Virus record (IMG/VR): IMGVR_UViG_3300002092_000146
Coordinates: 1-29,244 of that record
Length of the DNA: 29,244 nt
Origin: a virus
Taxonomy: Duplodnaviria > Caudoviricetes
Strand: one strand, 5' to 3'
The notes under the pieces were generated by a model. The model did no database searches. It was not told the origin of the DNA and saw only the letters and a list, made by a program, of their open reading frames with translations. Position 1 is the first letter of the stretch; each line of letters starts with the position of its first letter. Positions 1 to 10,300 of the stretch are shown piece by piece. The translations under genes were made by a program, and so were the position numbers.

Positions 1-264
1 TGGGTATCGTTCTATTGGTATAACCAATGGGAACTTATCGTAATATGGCAGCTTATCCTTCGTTTTTGGATCATAAAAATAGAAGTACATCCTACCTATA
101 ATCGATGCACTTCGAAGCCTATTCCTATCCTGCATCAGTTGTGCTTTGGTTGGCCTTAGTGTGGGTATCTTGGAACGCAGCCAGTTTCGAGCATCACGCG
201 ATCTAGGTTCGAATCCCTTTTTGGCAAGGGAGTCTTTAATTCTATCTATTAGTTTTTTTGCCAT
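1..264 (-). CDS. gp2: DNA end protector protein, T4 gp2-like (start present, truncated at the window edge)
   Basis: Not in the ORF track. Manual translation from ATG at 264 gives MAKKLIDRIKDSLAKKGFEPRSRDARNWLRSKIPTLRPTKAQLMQDRNRLRSASIIGRMYFYFYDPKTKDKLPYYDKFPLVIPIERYP, open to the edge. GRMYFYFYDPKTKDKLPYYDxFPL is the characteristic gp2 motif, and the gene lies next to gp4. Confidence 0.88.
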   Translation of the reverse strand, partial: MAKKLIDRIKDSLAKKGFEPRSRDARNWLRSKIPTLRPTKAQLMQDRNRLRSASIIGRMYFYFYDPKTKDKLPYYDKFPLVIPIERYP

Positions 265-268
265 GAGG

Positions 269-276
269 TATTTATC
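269..276 (-). promoter_or_regulatory. T4-type late promoter (GATAAATA) for gp2
   Basis: 7/8 match to TATAAATA, lying in the 12-nt gp4-gp2 gap 4 nt before the ATG. Confidence 0.6.
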
Positions 277-708
277 TCAAATCCCTAGATGCTTTTCAGT
301 AAGGACTTGAAATTCCCAACCATGATCTTTACAGAATTCTGTGGCGGCTTTCCATTTAGATTGATTGACAACATAGGTTGCCGCTTCTTGGATATATCGT
401 TTGGTCTTGCGTTTCTGAGTTGGCGGCTTAGTCTGCGCTTCGGGTTTAACTTCAATCACAAAGGTCTTGATGATGCCGTTCTTTTGTTTAATCTTGGCAA
501 CGAAATCGGGGAAGTAACGATGCTTCCTGTTGTCCACTGGACTCCAATACGGTATGACTAACTCTTCAGAACCCCACCAGATTACGTCTGGATGGTCATC
601 TAAATAATGCATTACCTTTAATTCCCATGATGACCTATAGATGATGTTGGTCGCATCACCCTTATATTTTGTTGGGTTTTTGGGAGTAAATTTACCTTTA
701 TATGACAT
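277..708 (-). CDS. gp4: Head completion nuclease, T4 gp4-like (TnsA-like PD-(D/E)xK fold)
   Basis: 143 aa with YKGKFTPKNPTKYKGD, YRSSWE, WGSEE, HRYFPDF, IEVKP and NQSKWKAA..C...GWEF..LTE motifs. Confidence 0.93.
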   Translation of the reverse strand: MSYKGKFTPKNPTKYKGDATNIIYRSSWELKVMHYLDDHPDVIWWGSEELVIPYWSPVDNRKHRYFPDFVAKIKQKNGIIKTFVIEVKPEAQTKPPTQKRKTKRYIQEAATYVVNQSKWKAATEFCKDHGWEFQVLTEKHLGI

Positions 709-713
709 AAATA
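706..713 (+). promoter_or_regulatory. T4-type late promoter (CATAAATA) for the baseplate operon
   Basis: 7/8 match to TATAAATA, 27 nt upstream of the gp48 ATG, followed by an AGGA SD-like sequence. It overlaps the gp4 start codon on the opposite strand. Confidence 0.65.
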
Positions 714-740
714 CTATCTAGTCAACCTACTAGGACAACT

Positions 741-1925
741 ATGGCTTTCTTTGGTCTTTCCGACATAAAAATTTCTCCAGAAAATAATAAAGGACCTCTT
801 TCCGATCTTTTTAAAGATGACTACGGAACATCAAATACATTCAGGTATCCGATGGATGTGGGTAACTATGATAAAGCCCACTACATGGTCATCCATATAT
901 TCCAACAAAAGAATAGCCAATTTGACGGTATTCAGCAAGACAAGGGTAGTGCACCAAGCGTAGCTAAAGATGAGGCAACTCCTGGCAGTGTAAGGGGATT
1001 GCCAAACATTAAAGAAAAGTTTTCTAGCGCAATTAACAGTAAAATTGATAGTGCATTTTCTTCTGTGAATACCGCTGTAGGTGGGAAACTCTCTTTCTTT
1101 AAAGCATCCAAACCAGCATTCAGTTCAACTGAAGCTGCAAAAGCAACAAACAGTGCACAGTATGTTGATAAAGTTCATTCGATTGAAAAATCTAAATTCA
1201 TAGACACTACAATAAGAACCACCGATTCTATTGCATTGTATATGCCAGACACTTTACAGTTTACATATTCACAAGGATATGAAAACTTAGAGATGGGTAA
1301 AGAATTAGCAGGACAAACATTTCAAGTTGGTAAAGATGCATTAGACAAATTTAAAACGGGACAAGAAACTAATATTACTGGTGCAATGAAGGCTGCTATT
1401 AAAAACGGTCTCATTAAAGGTGCTGGAGATTTGGTGGGTGGAACAACCGCAGCAAGAGCAGGATCGTTTTTATTTACAGGCGGCGTAGTAAATCCAATGT
1501 TGGAGATGCTATATTCATCTCCCGATTTTCGTTCATTCACATTCGAATTTCTTTTTTATCCACGGGATGAACGTGAAGCTTTGGAAGTACAAAATATTTT
1601 AGAAAGACTTCGTTTCCATCAAGCTCCAGAAATAGATGATTCTTCTGCTGGAATCCTTTTAATACCTCCTTCAGAATTTGAATTACAATTTTATTATGCT
1701 GGTAAACCCAATCCAAACATACCTCCAATTGCACGTTGTGTATTGACAAACATTTCAATGGACTATGCCCCAAATGGTTGGTCATCTTATGAAATGCCGG
1801 GTGAGTATAGTCCTGCTTTAGGACGTACTGGTATGCCATCGGCAATCCGCTTAACATTAGAATTTAAAGAAACACAGTTCCTCACCAAAAAGGATTTTGG
1901 TAGGGCAACTAAAAGGGTTCGATAA
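741..1925 (+). CDS. gp48: Baseplate tail-tube cap, T4 gp48-like
   Basis: 394 aa with FRYPMD, IALYMPD, NPMLEMLYSSPDFRSFTFEFLFYPR, LIPPSEF, CVLTNISMDYAPNG and LTLEFKET motifs. Lies between gp4 and gp53, as in T4-like cyanophages. Confidence 0.85.
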   Translation: MAFFGLSDIKISPENNKGPLSDLFKDDYGTSNTFRYPMDVGNYDKAHYMVIHIFQQKNSQFDGIQQDKGSAPSVAKDEATPGSVRGLPNIKEKFSSAINSKIDSAFSSVNTAVGGKLSFFKASKPAFSSTEAAKATNSAQYVDKVHSIEKSKFIDTTIRTTDSIALYMPDTLQFTYSQGYENLEMGKELAGQTFQVGKDALDKFKTGQETNITGAMKAAIKNGLIKGAGDLVGGTTAARAGSFLFTGGVVNPMLEMLYSSPDFRSFTFEFLFYPRDEREALEVQNILERLRFHQAPEIDDSSAGILLIPPSEFELQFYYAGKPNPNIPPIARCVLTNISMDYAPNGWSSYEMPGEYSPALGRTGMPSAIRLTLEFKETQFLTKKDFGRATKRVR

Positions 1926-2587
1926 TGGCAAAGTATTTCAACTATTTTCCTACCACATATTATAGTAATTCGAATGAGTCTACTGCACTCGATACAGTAA
2001 CGAATGTCATTGCTCGTTTTGCTTTTGAAAATGCAGTAAAAGATAATGCTTCACTTTTCTATCCTTACGATGTTCAGGATGGTGAAACTCCTGAGATGAT
2101 TGCAAACAAATATTATGGTTCATCGGAAAAACATTGGATAGTTCTTTTATTTAATGACATCATCGACCCACAATACGATTGGCCATTAGATCAACGAACA
2201 CTTATTAAGTATATTAACGACAAGTATTCTAACCAAGGTGCCACACATTCACCATACCAAACAGGAATTCAGTGGGCGCAAGATGCAGGTAATATCAAAG
2301 CATACTATAAAACAGTTACTCGTTTAAGTTCCAAGCCAACTAAGAATCAAATCGTCGAGAAGATTGAGGTTGATGCTACAACCCATACAAACCTACCCGT
2401 AACGTCTTCCACATATACATTACAAGATGGTAGTAGAATTACTGAGACTATTTCCAAAGCAACTCAAACATACTATGACTATGAAGTCGAGTTGAATGAT
2501 GCCAAACGAAAAATACGTTTGTTGAAATCTGAGTATGTAACCCAACAAGGTCTGATTAATGAATTCAAGAAAGTAATTAATTCATGA
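1925..2587 (+). CDS. gp53: Baseplate wedge subunit, T4 gp53-like (LysM-like)
   Basis: 220 aa with MAKYFNYFP, YDVQDGETPEMIANKYYG...HWIVLLFNDIIDPQYDWP and YDYEVELNDAKRKIRLLK motifs. Coupled to gp48 by TAATG. Confidence 0.9.
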   Translation: MAKYFNYFPTTYYSNSNESTALDTVTNVIARFAFENAVKDNASLFYPYDVQDGETPEMIANKYYGSSEKHWIVLLFNDIIDPQYDWPLDQRTLIKYINDKYSNQGATHSPYQTGIQWAQDAGNIKAYYKTVTRLSSKPTKNQIVEKIEVDATTHTNLPVTSSTYTLQDGSRITETISKATQTYYDYEVELNDAKRKIRLLKSEYVTQQGLINEFKKVINS

Positions 2588-3927
2588 GTTCACAGCTTAT
2601 GTCGGCATCGAAGTTTGTAGTAAATGAACTTTCTGTTATAACCAAGGCAGGTAAAATTGACATATCTTCCATATACGAAGAGATCAATATATTTGATTCC
2701 ATTCTAATTCCAATCATGAATGGTAATGTACTGATCAACGATTCGGTTGGATTGTCTTCTAAATTGTTGTTCGACGGTTCGGAGTCTATATTAATTGATG
2801 TTGGTAAGACAACAGATTCTGATGTTTTGAAACTTAAAAAAGCATTTAGAATTTACAAACAATCAGACCGTAAGAACGTCAACCAGACAAGTGAAGTCTA
2901 TGTACTTCATTTTGTTTCTGATGAATTAATGTTTTCAGATCAACAATTAATCAATCAAGCATACAAAACAACGTATTCTGATATTGTTAAAAAAATATTA
3001 GTTAACTATTTAAAAACACCTGACAATAAACTGAATGGTAAGTTCGAAACTACTACAGGTATTCGTGATGTTGTTATACCAAATTTAAAACCTCTTGATG
3101 CAATTGAGTGGTGTGCCAAGCGTTCTATAGATGAAAATCGTTCAGCCAACTTTGTGTTCTTTGAGAACAATCTTGGATACAACTTTGCATCATTATCGTC
3201 ACTCCTTTCACAAAAAGAATTGTTCACGATTAAGTTTTCACCTAAAAACTTAGAACAGACTAATGTAATTGACGATTTGTTAAGTCCTCGTAACTTTGAA
3301 ATTATTAATCAAGTTGACAAGATTAAATCAACTCGGTCTGGTGTTAACGCTGGTACGTTTATTGGATTCGATCCAGTTACCCGTTCCGTTGGTGTCAAGA
3401 AAATTAATTACGAAGATCATTACAATGCCATGAAACATGGCAACCCCAATCCCAATTACTTTTCTTCAATTAATCGCGGTGGTGACGATTCATCTCAAGC
3501 ATTTGATTCTAGAAAAACTGTTAGTTCGTTTGGTGCATTTCGTCGAGACAGTGCCTACATTAAAAAATACGATCCGACTTCTATTTCCAAACAGGAGACA
3601 CAGGAAGATTTTATTTTTCAGCGTAAGGCAATCATAACCAATCTGATGAATAAAAGGGTGAAGTTAGTTATGCCTGGTAACTTTCAATTGACTTCTGGTT
3701 TCAATTTAAATCTTCGTACACCAGACTTTTCTATTCGTGAAACTGGCGGTGAGAATGATGATCGTTCATTGAGTGGTCGTTACTTAATTGTTGCCACTCG
3801 TCATATCATTGGTTATCAGAAACATGAAACTATAATTGAATTGGCAACAAGTTCTAATGAACTACCATTTATACCAACGGCAACCACTCAAGAAACAAAA
3901 GAAATAGAGAATTATGGAACAATCTGA
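2584..3927 (+). CDS. Probable baseplate hub protein (gp27/Mu gp44-like)
   Basis: 447 aa between gp53 and gp5. It has VIPNLKPLDAIEWC, FVFFENNLGYNF and C-terminal MPGNFQLTSG...LSGRYLIVATRHII motifs typical of hub proteins. Assignment rests on synteny and motif resemblance. Confidence 0.65.
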   Translation: MSSQLMSASKFVVNELSVITKAGKIDISSIYEEINIFDSILIPIMNGNVLINDSVGLSSKLLFDGSESILIDVGKTTDSDVLKLKKAFRIYKQSDRKNVNQTSEVYVLHFVSDELMFSDQQLINQAYKTTYSDIVKKILVNYLKTPDNKLNGKFETTTGIRDVVIPNLKPLDAIEWCAKRSIDENRSANFVFFENNLGYNFASLSSLLSQKELFTIKFSPKNLEQTNVIDDLLSPRNFEIINQVDKIKSTRSGVNAGTFIGFDPVTRSVGVKKINYEDHYNAMKHGNPNPNYFSSINRGGDDSSQAFDSRKTVSSFGAFRRDSAYIKKYDPTSISKQETQEDFIFQRKAIITNLMNKRVKLVMPGNFQLTSGFNLNLRTPDFSIRETGGENDDRSLSGRYLIVATRHIIGYQKHETIIELATSSNELPFIPTATTQETKEIENYGTI

Positions 3928-4825
3928 AGACAGTAAAAACTTTGCTGGTAAAGGTGGTTTCATTTGGTTCGTTGCTGTTGTTGAACGAATCAATGATCCG
4001 TTGAAACTTGGTCGATGTCGTATACGATGTGTTGGATGGCACACTGATAACAAACAGTTGTTGCCTTCAGATTCGTTGCCTTGGGCGCAAGTTCTTTTGC
4101 CGACAAACAATACGAACCCATACCCACCCCGTGAAGGTGATATGGTTGTTGGATTTTTTACTGATGGTGAAAGTGGACAAGACCCCATAATTATGGGTGT
4201 TATGCCGGGTATTCCATTGGATGCGGCTAACCCACAAAAAGGATTTGCCGATCCACGTTCATCTTCTGAACTAGCAGCAGCACCCGTAAAGCCTGATGAG
4301 TCTGCCACAAACTATCCACGAAAGATAGATGAGCCAACAACTTCACGTTTAGCGCGAAATGATTCCGATTATCCTTCGGCTATTGTGGCTGCAAAGAAAG
4401 CCAAGAAAGCCAGCAAAGTGGAACCCGATTCTTACTATGCTGCCAAGTATCCATACAACAATGTTTATGAATCTGAATCTGGACATGCATTAGAGTTTGA
4501 TGACACAAAAGGTGCTGAACGGATTCATCTGTATCACCGTTCAGGTTCTTATGTTGAATATGGTCCACTAGGTGATCGTGCTGAAAGAATACAACGTAAT
4601 AAGTTTAGTGTAGTTGTGGGGGATGATTCCATCTACGTTCAAGGTCAAGTAAATATATTTGTTGACGGAACGGTGAATGCCACGGCAGCGAAATTTAATT
4701 TAACTGGTGATGTAGCAGTAACAGGTTCAATAACCGCAACAGGAACAATTACAGATTCGGGTGCAACTTTGGCAACACATACCCATCCTGATCCACAGGG
4801 TGGTAGTACAAGTTCACCAAATTAA
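3914..4825 (+). CDS. gp5: Baseplate central spike, gp5-like (OB fold + short beta-helix, no lysozyme, HxH apex)
   Basis: 303 aa. N-terminal FIWFVAVVERINDPLKLGRCRIRCVGWH...LPWA...VVGFFTDGESGQDPIIMG (gp5 OB fold), then YPYNNVYESESGHALEFDDTKGAERIHLYHRSGSYVE, ending LATHTHPDPQGGSTSSPN. Confidence 0.9.
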   Translation: MEQSEDSKNFAGKGGFIWFVAVVERINDPLKLGRCRIRCVGWHTDNKQLLPSDSLPWAQVLLPTNNTNPYPPREGDMVVGFFTDGESGQDPIIMGVMPGIPLDAANPQKGFADPRSSSELAAAPVKPDESATNYPRKIDEPTTSRLARNDSDYPSAIVAAKKAKKASKVEPDSYYAAKYPYNNVYESESGHALEFDDTKGAERIHLYHRSGSYVEYGPLGDRAERIQRNKFSVVVGDDSIYVQGQVNIFVDGTVNATAAKFNLTGDVAVTGSITATGTITDSGATLATHTHPDPQGGSTSSPN

Positions 4826-4827
4826 CG

Positions 4828-4835
4828 AATAAATA
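4828..4835 (+). promoter_or_regulatory. T4-type late promoter (AATAAATA) for gp25
   Basis: Intergenic 7/8 match, 4 nt before the gp25 ATG. Confidence 0.6.
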
Positions 4836-4839
4836 AAAG

Positions 4840-5262
4840 ATGTCAACTACTATTACTTCAAATGACCCAACAATTGTAGCCGAAAGAGGTTACAAGGATT
4901 TGGATTTAAATTTTACAGCACATCCTATTAAAAAGGATATTAGCAGACATTACAATGAAAAAGCGATAATCAATTCTGTTAAAAACTTGGTTTCCACCAA
5001 TTTTTATGAGCGTCCATTTCGTCCAGAAATTGGTTCAGGTGTCAGGAAGATTTTGTTTGAATTGGTTGATTCAGTTTCTGGTGCAGCATTAGAGAGGCAG
5101 ATTGCCGAGGCTATTAATAACTTTGAACCAAGAGTTAGCATAGAAACAATTACTGCTATCCCTTCTCCAGATGAGAACGGTTATAAAGTTACATTGTCCT
5201 TCTTTATTAATACATTGCCAAATCCAATAACGATTAACTTCTTTTTAGAGCGTATAAGATAA
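4840..5262 (+). CDS. gp25: Baseplate wedge subunit / sheath initiator, gp25-like
   Basis: 140 aa with YKDLDLNF..HP, AIINSVKNLVSTNFYERPFRPEIGS and INNFEPRV motifs. Confidence 0.93.
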   Translation: MSTTITSNDPTIVAERGYKDLDLNFTAHPIKKDISRHYNEKAIINSVKNLVSTNFYERPFRPEIGSGVRKILFELVDSVSGAALERQIAEAINNFEPRVSIETITAIPSPDENGYKVTLSFFINTLPNPITINFFLERIR

Positions 5263-5263
5263 A

Positions 5264-7321
5264 ATGACAGAACGTCTAAGAGTAACTGAACTTGATTTTG
5301 ATCAGATCAAGCAGAATTTAAAAACTTATTTGCAAGGGCAGTCGCAGTTTACCGATTATGATTTTGAAGGTTCGGGACTGAGCGTACTGTTAGATATCCT
5401 TGCATATAATACTCATTACAATGCCTACTACGTAAACATGGTTGCTAATGAAGCATTCTTGGATACCGCATTGCTCCGTGATTCTGTTGTTTCTCATGCC
5501 AAAGTTCTTGGGTACGTTCCATATTCCCGTAAAGCACCACGTGCAAATATTAATTTCACCGTATCGTCAACTTCAAATACATCAGCTACTGTAACAATTC
5601 CTAAAGGTTTTCGTTTCCTTTCCAATGAAATTGACGGTATTAGCTATGGTTTTGTAACTCTTGGTGAAACGATTGTAACTAAATCCAATACAAGTTTTAA
5701 CTTTTTAAACCTTCCAATATATGAAGGTCAGTTGATTACATATTCGTATTCATACGATCAAGCAACTAATCCAAAACAAATTTTTGCAATTCCAGATGAA
5801 GGTGTCGATACTTCGACAATTACTGTATCGGTTCAGCCTTCGGCAACAAATACTGCATCTGAGGTTTTTACTCTTGCATCTGATGCTACAGAGGCAACCA
5901 CAACATCTCCAGTATTTTATTTACAAGAAAATAAGAGTCAGAAATATGACCTTTATTTTGGTGATGATGTCATAGGTAAAAAAATTACTGATGGTTCTAT
6001 TGTATCGATTAGCTATTTAATAACAAATGGTACTGCTGCAAATAAAGCAAATAACTTTGTTGCGACTGCCACTCTTGCGGATTCATTAGGTAACAGCTTG
6101 ACCAATTTTACAATTGATCCGGTTGGTGAGGCAGCAGGTGGCGCAGAACGAGAATCTGTTGATGAGATTAAATTTGGTGCACCACTTCAGTTCACTACAC
6201 AGAATCGTTTGGTTACCTATAAAGATTATGAATCGTTCATTAAGAAAAATTACCCATCTGTAGATTCAGTATCAGTGTGGGGCGGTGAGGATGAAACTCC
6301 CCCAACATATGGTCGTGTATATATCGCACTGAAACCTAAACAAAATTATTATTTGTCGGACACAGAAAAACAAAGAATTATTGATGAGATCATAACTCCT
6401 AAAGCGGTTGTTACGGTACAAACTATTATTCGTGATCCGGAATATCTGTACCTATTAATTTCACCAACGGTAACATACGATCCCAAGAAAACATCATTAA
6501 CTTCTGATCAGTTGAAGACGGGTATCCGTAATGCTATTCTGGCATATAAACAAACATATCTGGATAAGTTTGATTCCAAGTTCATTCTTTCTAAAGTACA
6601 AGATGTTGTAGATGCTACAGACTCAAATTCTATCATTGGTTCCAAAGTTTCTGTTCGTGTACAAAAAAGATTCAAACCATCAACAGATCAATCGAAACCA
6701 TACACCATTTATTTCAATGTTCCACTTCGTCGAGGAACAATCAGTAATAAACTGTCATCAACTTTCTTCACGGTAGTTGATGTTGATGGTATGGATCAAA
6801 TTGTTCAATTTGACGAGATTCCACAATCGTTCTCCGGAATTTCAGCAATTAGTGTTTTGAATGCTGGTCAAGGATATACAAGTTCACCAACAATCACTAT
6901 TACGGGTGATGGTACAGGCGCAAATGCATCTGCAACAATTGTAAACGGTAAGATACAAAACATTGAAGTTACCAATCGCGGTATTGATTATACCCGTGCC
7001 AGCATAACCATTTCAGGTGGTGGTGGATATGGTGCAACTGCCGAAGCAACAATCGATGCTCGTACTGGTGAGTTAAGAACAGTTTACTACGATTCGAATG
7101 CACAACGTCAAATTGTTGATGCTACAGCAGGTACTATTGATTATGATGCTGGAGTAGTCACAATTAATGATATCTACATAAAGGCAGTATCTTCAACTGA
7201 TGGTTATATTCGTTTATCAGTAGAGTCTGAGAAAGGTATCATCAACACAATTAAAAATACAATTGTTACATTAGATATAGATGATCCAACAGCAATTAGC
7301 ACAACACTAGAAACTGCATAA
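5264..7321 (+). CDS. gp6: Baseplate wedge subunit, gp6-like
   Basis: 685 aa with ELDFDQIKQNLKTYL, FTDYDFEGSGLSVLLDILAYNTHYNAYY.NM.ANEAFLDTA..RDSVVSHAK.LGY, QNRLVT..DY and VWGGED..PP.YGRV motifs. Confidence 0.95.
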   Translation: MTERLRVTELDFDQIKQNLKTYLQGQSQFTDYDFEGSGLSVLLDILAYNTHYNAYYVNMVANEAFLDTALLRDSVVSHAKVLGYVPYSRKAPRANINFTVSSTSNTSATVTIPKGFRFLSNEIDGISYGFVTLGETIVTKSNTSFNFLNLPIYEGQLITYSYSYDQATNPKQIFAIPDEGVDTSTITVSVQPSATNTASEVFTLASDATEATTTSPVFYLQENKSQKYDLYFGDDVIGKKITDGSIVSISYLITNGTAANKANNFVATATLADSLGNSLTNFTIDPVGEAAGGAERESVDEIKFGAPLQFTTQNRLVTYKDYESFIKKNYPSVDSVSVWGGEDETPPTYGRVYIALKPKQNYYLSDTEKQRIIDEIITPKAVVTVQTIIRDPEYLYLLISPTVTYDPKKTSLTSDQLKTGIRNAILAYKQTYLDKFDSKFILSKVQDVVDATDSNSIIGSKVSVRVQKRFKPSTDQSKPYTIYFNVPLRRGTISNKLSSTFFTVVDVDGMDQIVQFDEIPQSFSGISAISVLNAGQGYTSSPTITITGDGTGANASATIVNGKIQNIEVTNRGIDYTRASITISGGGGYGATAEATIDARTGELRTVYYDSNAQRQIVDATAGTIDYDAGVVTINDIYIKAVSSTDGYIRLSVESEKGIINTIKNTIVTLDIDDPTAISTTLETA

Positions 7322-10300
7322 TGTCATTAGATTTAAAAACATCTTTACTTGTTAACCGTCAAGTTCCCGAATTTGTTAGGGATGAATACCCTATATTTGT
7401 TGCGTTCTTAGAAGCATATTACCAATTTCTTGAGGGAACTGCTAATACCGGAACAACTGCAAACAATCTTGTAACCACAGCTAAGAGTCTTCGTGATATA
7501 CGTGATGTTGATTCATCATTAGATTCATTTGAAACTAATTTCTATAATACATACGGTTCTTTAATACCACTCGATGTTCAAGCAGACAAAGCACTTCTGT
7601 TTAAACATTTGGTTCCTTTATATAAAGCAAAAGGTAGTGATGCATCGTTTAAGTTGCTATTCCAACTTATCTTTGGTGTAGATATTGATGTTATTTTACC
7701 CCAAAACAATGTCTTAAAATCATCAAGCAGTAAATGGCAAATTGATAATAAACTCCGAATCAATCAAGACATTGCTTCCATTTATACTGGTGACGGCACA
7801 ACCAAAATATTTACGCTTGCACAAATTGTTGGCAAAGATGAAATAACTGTTTATGTTGACAACGTTGAACAGACCGATTTTTTTGTCAATAAAGAATACC
7901 GTAAATTAATTTTTACAACTGCACCAGCAGTTAATAAAATTATTCGTGTTGTTTATGATAGTTTCGATACCACATTACTGAATAATCGTAAAGTCATTGG
8001 TATCAAATCTGGTGCATCTGCAATCATTGAACAAGCAAATCGTCGTATCATTTCAGATACATTGAATCTTGGTTTACCAGTTGAATTACTTATTAATACG
8101 GAATCATTAGATGGAAGTTTCTTGAATGGTGAATACGTAACCATCCCGATTATTAATCCCGGTGATCCTTATGGTAATACAATTAACATTGAAGTTTCCA
8201 CATTTTCAATTGTAAAACAGTTTAACGTAATCAATGGTGGTTACAACTATCAGATTGGTGATCCAGTTATAGTTACCAGTGGCAATGCTTCAGTGAATGC
8301 GATTGGTACCGTATCATCTATTTTTAAAGGTTTGATCGAGTCTGTCGCGGTTTCCCGTGGCGGTTCAGTATTCTCAAATCTTTCACCAGTAGCAGTTTCT
8401 GGTAACGGTACAGTTACATTGACAGTTGTTGTTGATGGTATTGATCAGTCTGGTGTAAATTCCGCAAATAGTTTTATAGTATCTACTGATATTGTATCAC
8501 CATATAGTTCAACTGTACTAAGTTCTGCGAATTATGCGTTTGCAAATTCAATTGCAGTAACAAGTCCAAATCTAAATACACGTATTGTTGATGTTATTGG
8601 ATTCCAAACGTTATCTGTGGGACCAATCACAAATGTTAAAGTTCTTTTGACATCGGGTGCTTCACCAACAACCCCATTACTGGATGCTTTTGGGGCACCA
8701 TATGGACCGCTTGCTGGATCACTCCGTTCACCAAAAAGCCTAAGATCAATTGGTCGCATTAAAGTTAATAGTGGCGGTTCGGGATATATTATTGGTGATG
8801 AAGTTGTATTCGGTGCTAATCCTTCCGGTACATATGGACAAGCCGCCGCTGCTACAGTAGAAGCAGTTACACCAACTGGCGGTATTGTTACTATTGGTAT
8901 GGCAAACACTCGATTAGTTGGTACTGCAACTGTTACTGGATCATCAGCAGCAGTCAGTGGAAGCGGAACGAAATTTCTAACAGATTTGCGTGTCGGTGAT
9001 AAGATCGACATTAATAACGAACCACGAATTGTGTCTACCATTTCCGATGATATAACGATGTCGGTTACTTCACCATTTACATATTCTGCAACAAGTAAAA
9101 AGATTGGGGTGTTTGGTCGCAATCCAAAAGGTGGTCATAGTTATACACAGAACAATTTTCCAACGGTAACTGTATCTTCGGTGGGTGGTGTCGGTGCAAG
9201 TATTGAGATTGATTCTCTTGTTTCAGATGGTGAATCTATTTTCCCAACTGGTGTTGGTCAACCGGGAGAGATTCTGGAAATCCAAGTTTTGAATCCAGGC
9301 TCAGGTTACGAGTATATTCCAATTGTAACTATTACGGGTGGTTCTGGAACTGCAACAGCAAATGCTGATATTGAACGTTCTTATTTGACTTCACCTGGCC
9401 GTTGGGTAACTTCAGACTCTATCATTTCTTCAACAGAAAGAAATCTTGCTGGTCGTGATTACTATGTAAATTATTCATATGTTATCTCGTCACAGGTCGA
9501 GTTCTATCGCTACAAGCAGTTGTTAAAAGATTTATTGCATCCTGTTGGATTTGTGAATTATGCTACTTTTAATAAAACCAACACAATCGATTTAACAGAT
9601 GTAAGTGTATCTACAATTAATGTTGCGACTGACGATCAATTCTTAACAGTTGCAGGTAAAGTGAATGTTGGCAACGGAAGTATTCTTGTTACTGGAACAA
9701 ATACCAAATTCAACGCTGCGGTTTCACGTGGCGCATTCACTGCGGGTTCCAGAATTGCTGTAAATGGTGAAATTTGCACAGTCAATTCCGTAGTAAGCAA
9801 TACATCGTTGTTAGTATCTTCAAATGTTAATGATATTTGGGTTGCAAATGCTGGTTCGGGTTATTCAAATGGATATTTGGTATTCAGTAATGGTGGTGGA
9901 ACGATAACAAGCCTGACTATTACCAACACAGGTTCGGGATATGAAAGCGGCACGGTTGTATTATCTGGAGCAGATGAAGCAATCCCTGCTGTAGCTACCG
10001 TAGTTGCTAATGCAAATGGTTGTTTACAAAGTGTAACATTAGTGAGTGGTGGATTATATTCAGGTGTGCCTATTGCATTACCCGCAAGTGATCCACATAA
10101 AGTTCTTTATGCTAATTCTATTACTATTACTAATCGTGGTTCTGGTTATTCTAATGGGTTCTTAAACTTTACTGGTGGTGCACCTATTCGTCCAGCAAAT
10201 GTTTCTGTGGAAGTATATACATCAAACGGAGCAATCAGAACACTTACCGTTAATGATTCTGGATTATACGAAAGTAACCCATCGTCAGCAACACCAAATT

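Noticed and set aside
277-708. TnsA-like nuclease motifs suggesting a Tn7 transposon or homing endonuclease
   Set aside because: Motifs and synteny (gp2-gp4-gp48-gp53) identify the core head-completion gene gp4. No transposon ends or partner genes are present.
718-733. Hairpin CTAGT-caacct-ACTAG touching the gp48 SD; also the AATAG-A-CTATT palindrome at 28729-28739
   Set aside because: These are only 5-bp AT-rich stems, expected by chance.
8532-9122. 196-aa antisense ORF in gp7 (and similar ones at 3862..4308, 10146..10457, 289..561)
   Set aside because: Each lies wholly opposite well-supported structural genes, has no recognisable motif, and is explained by codon bias.
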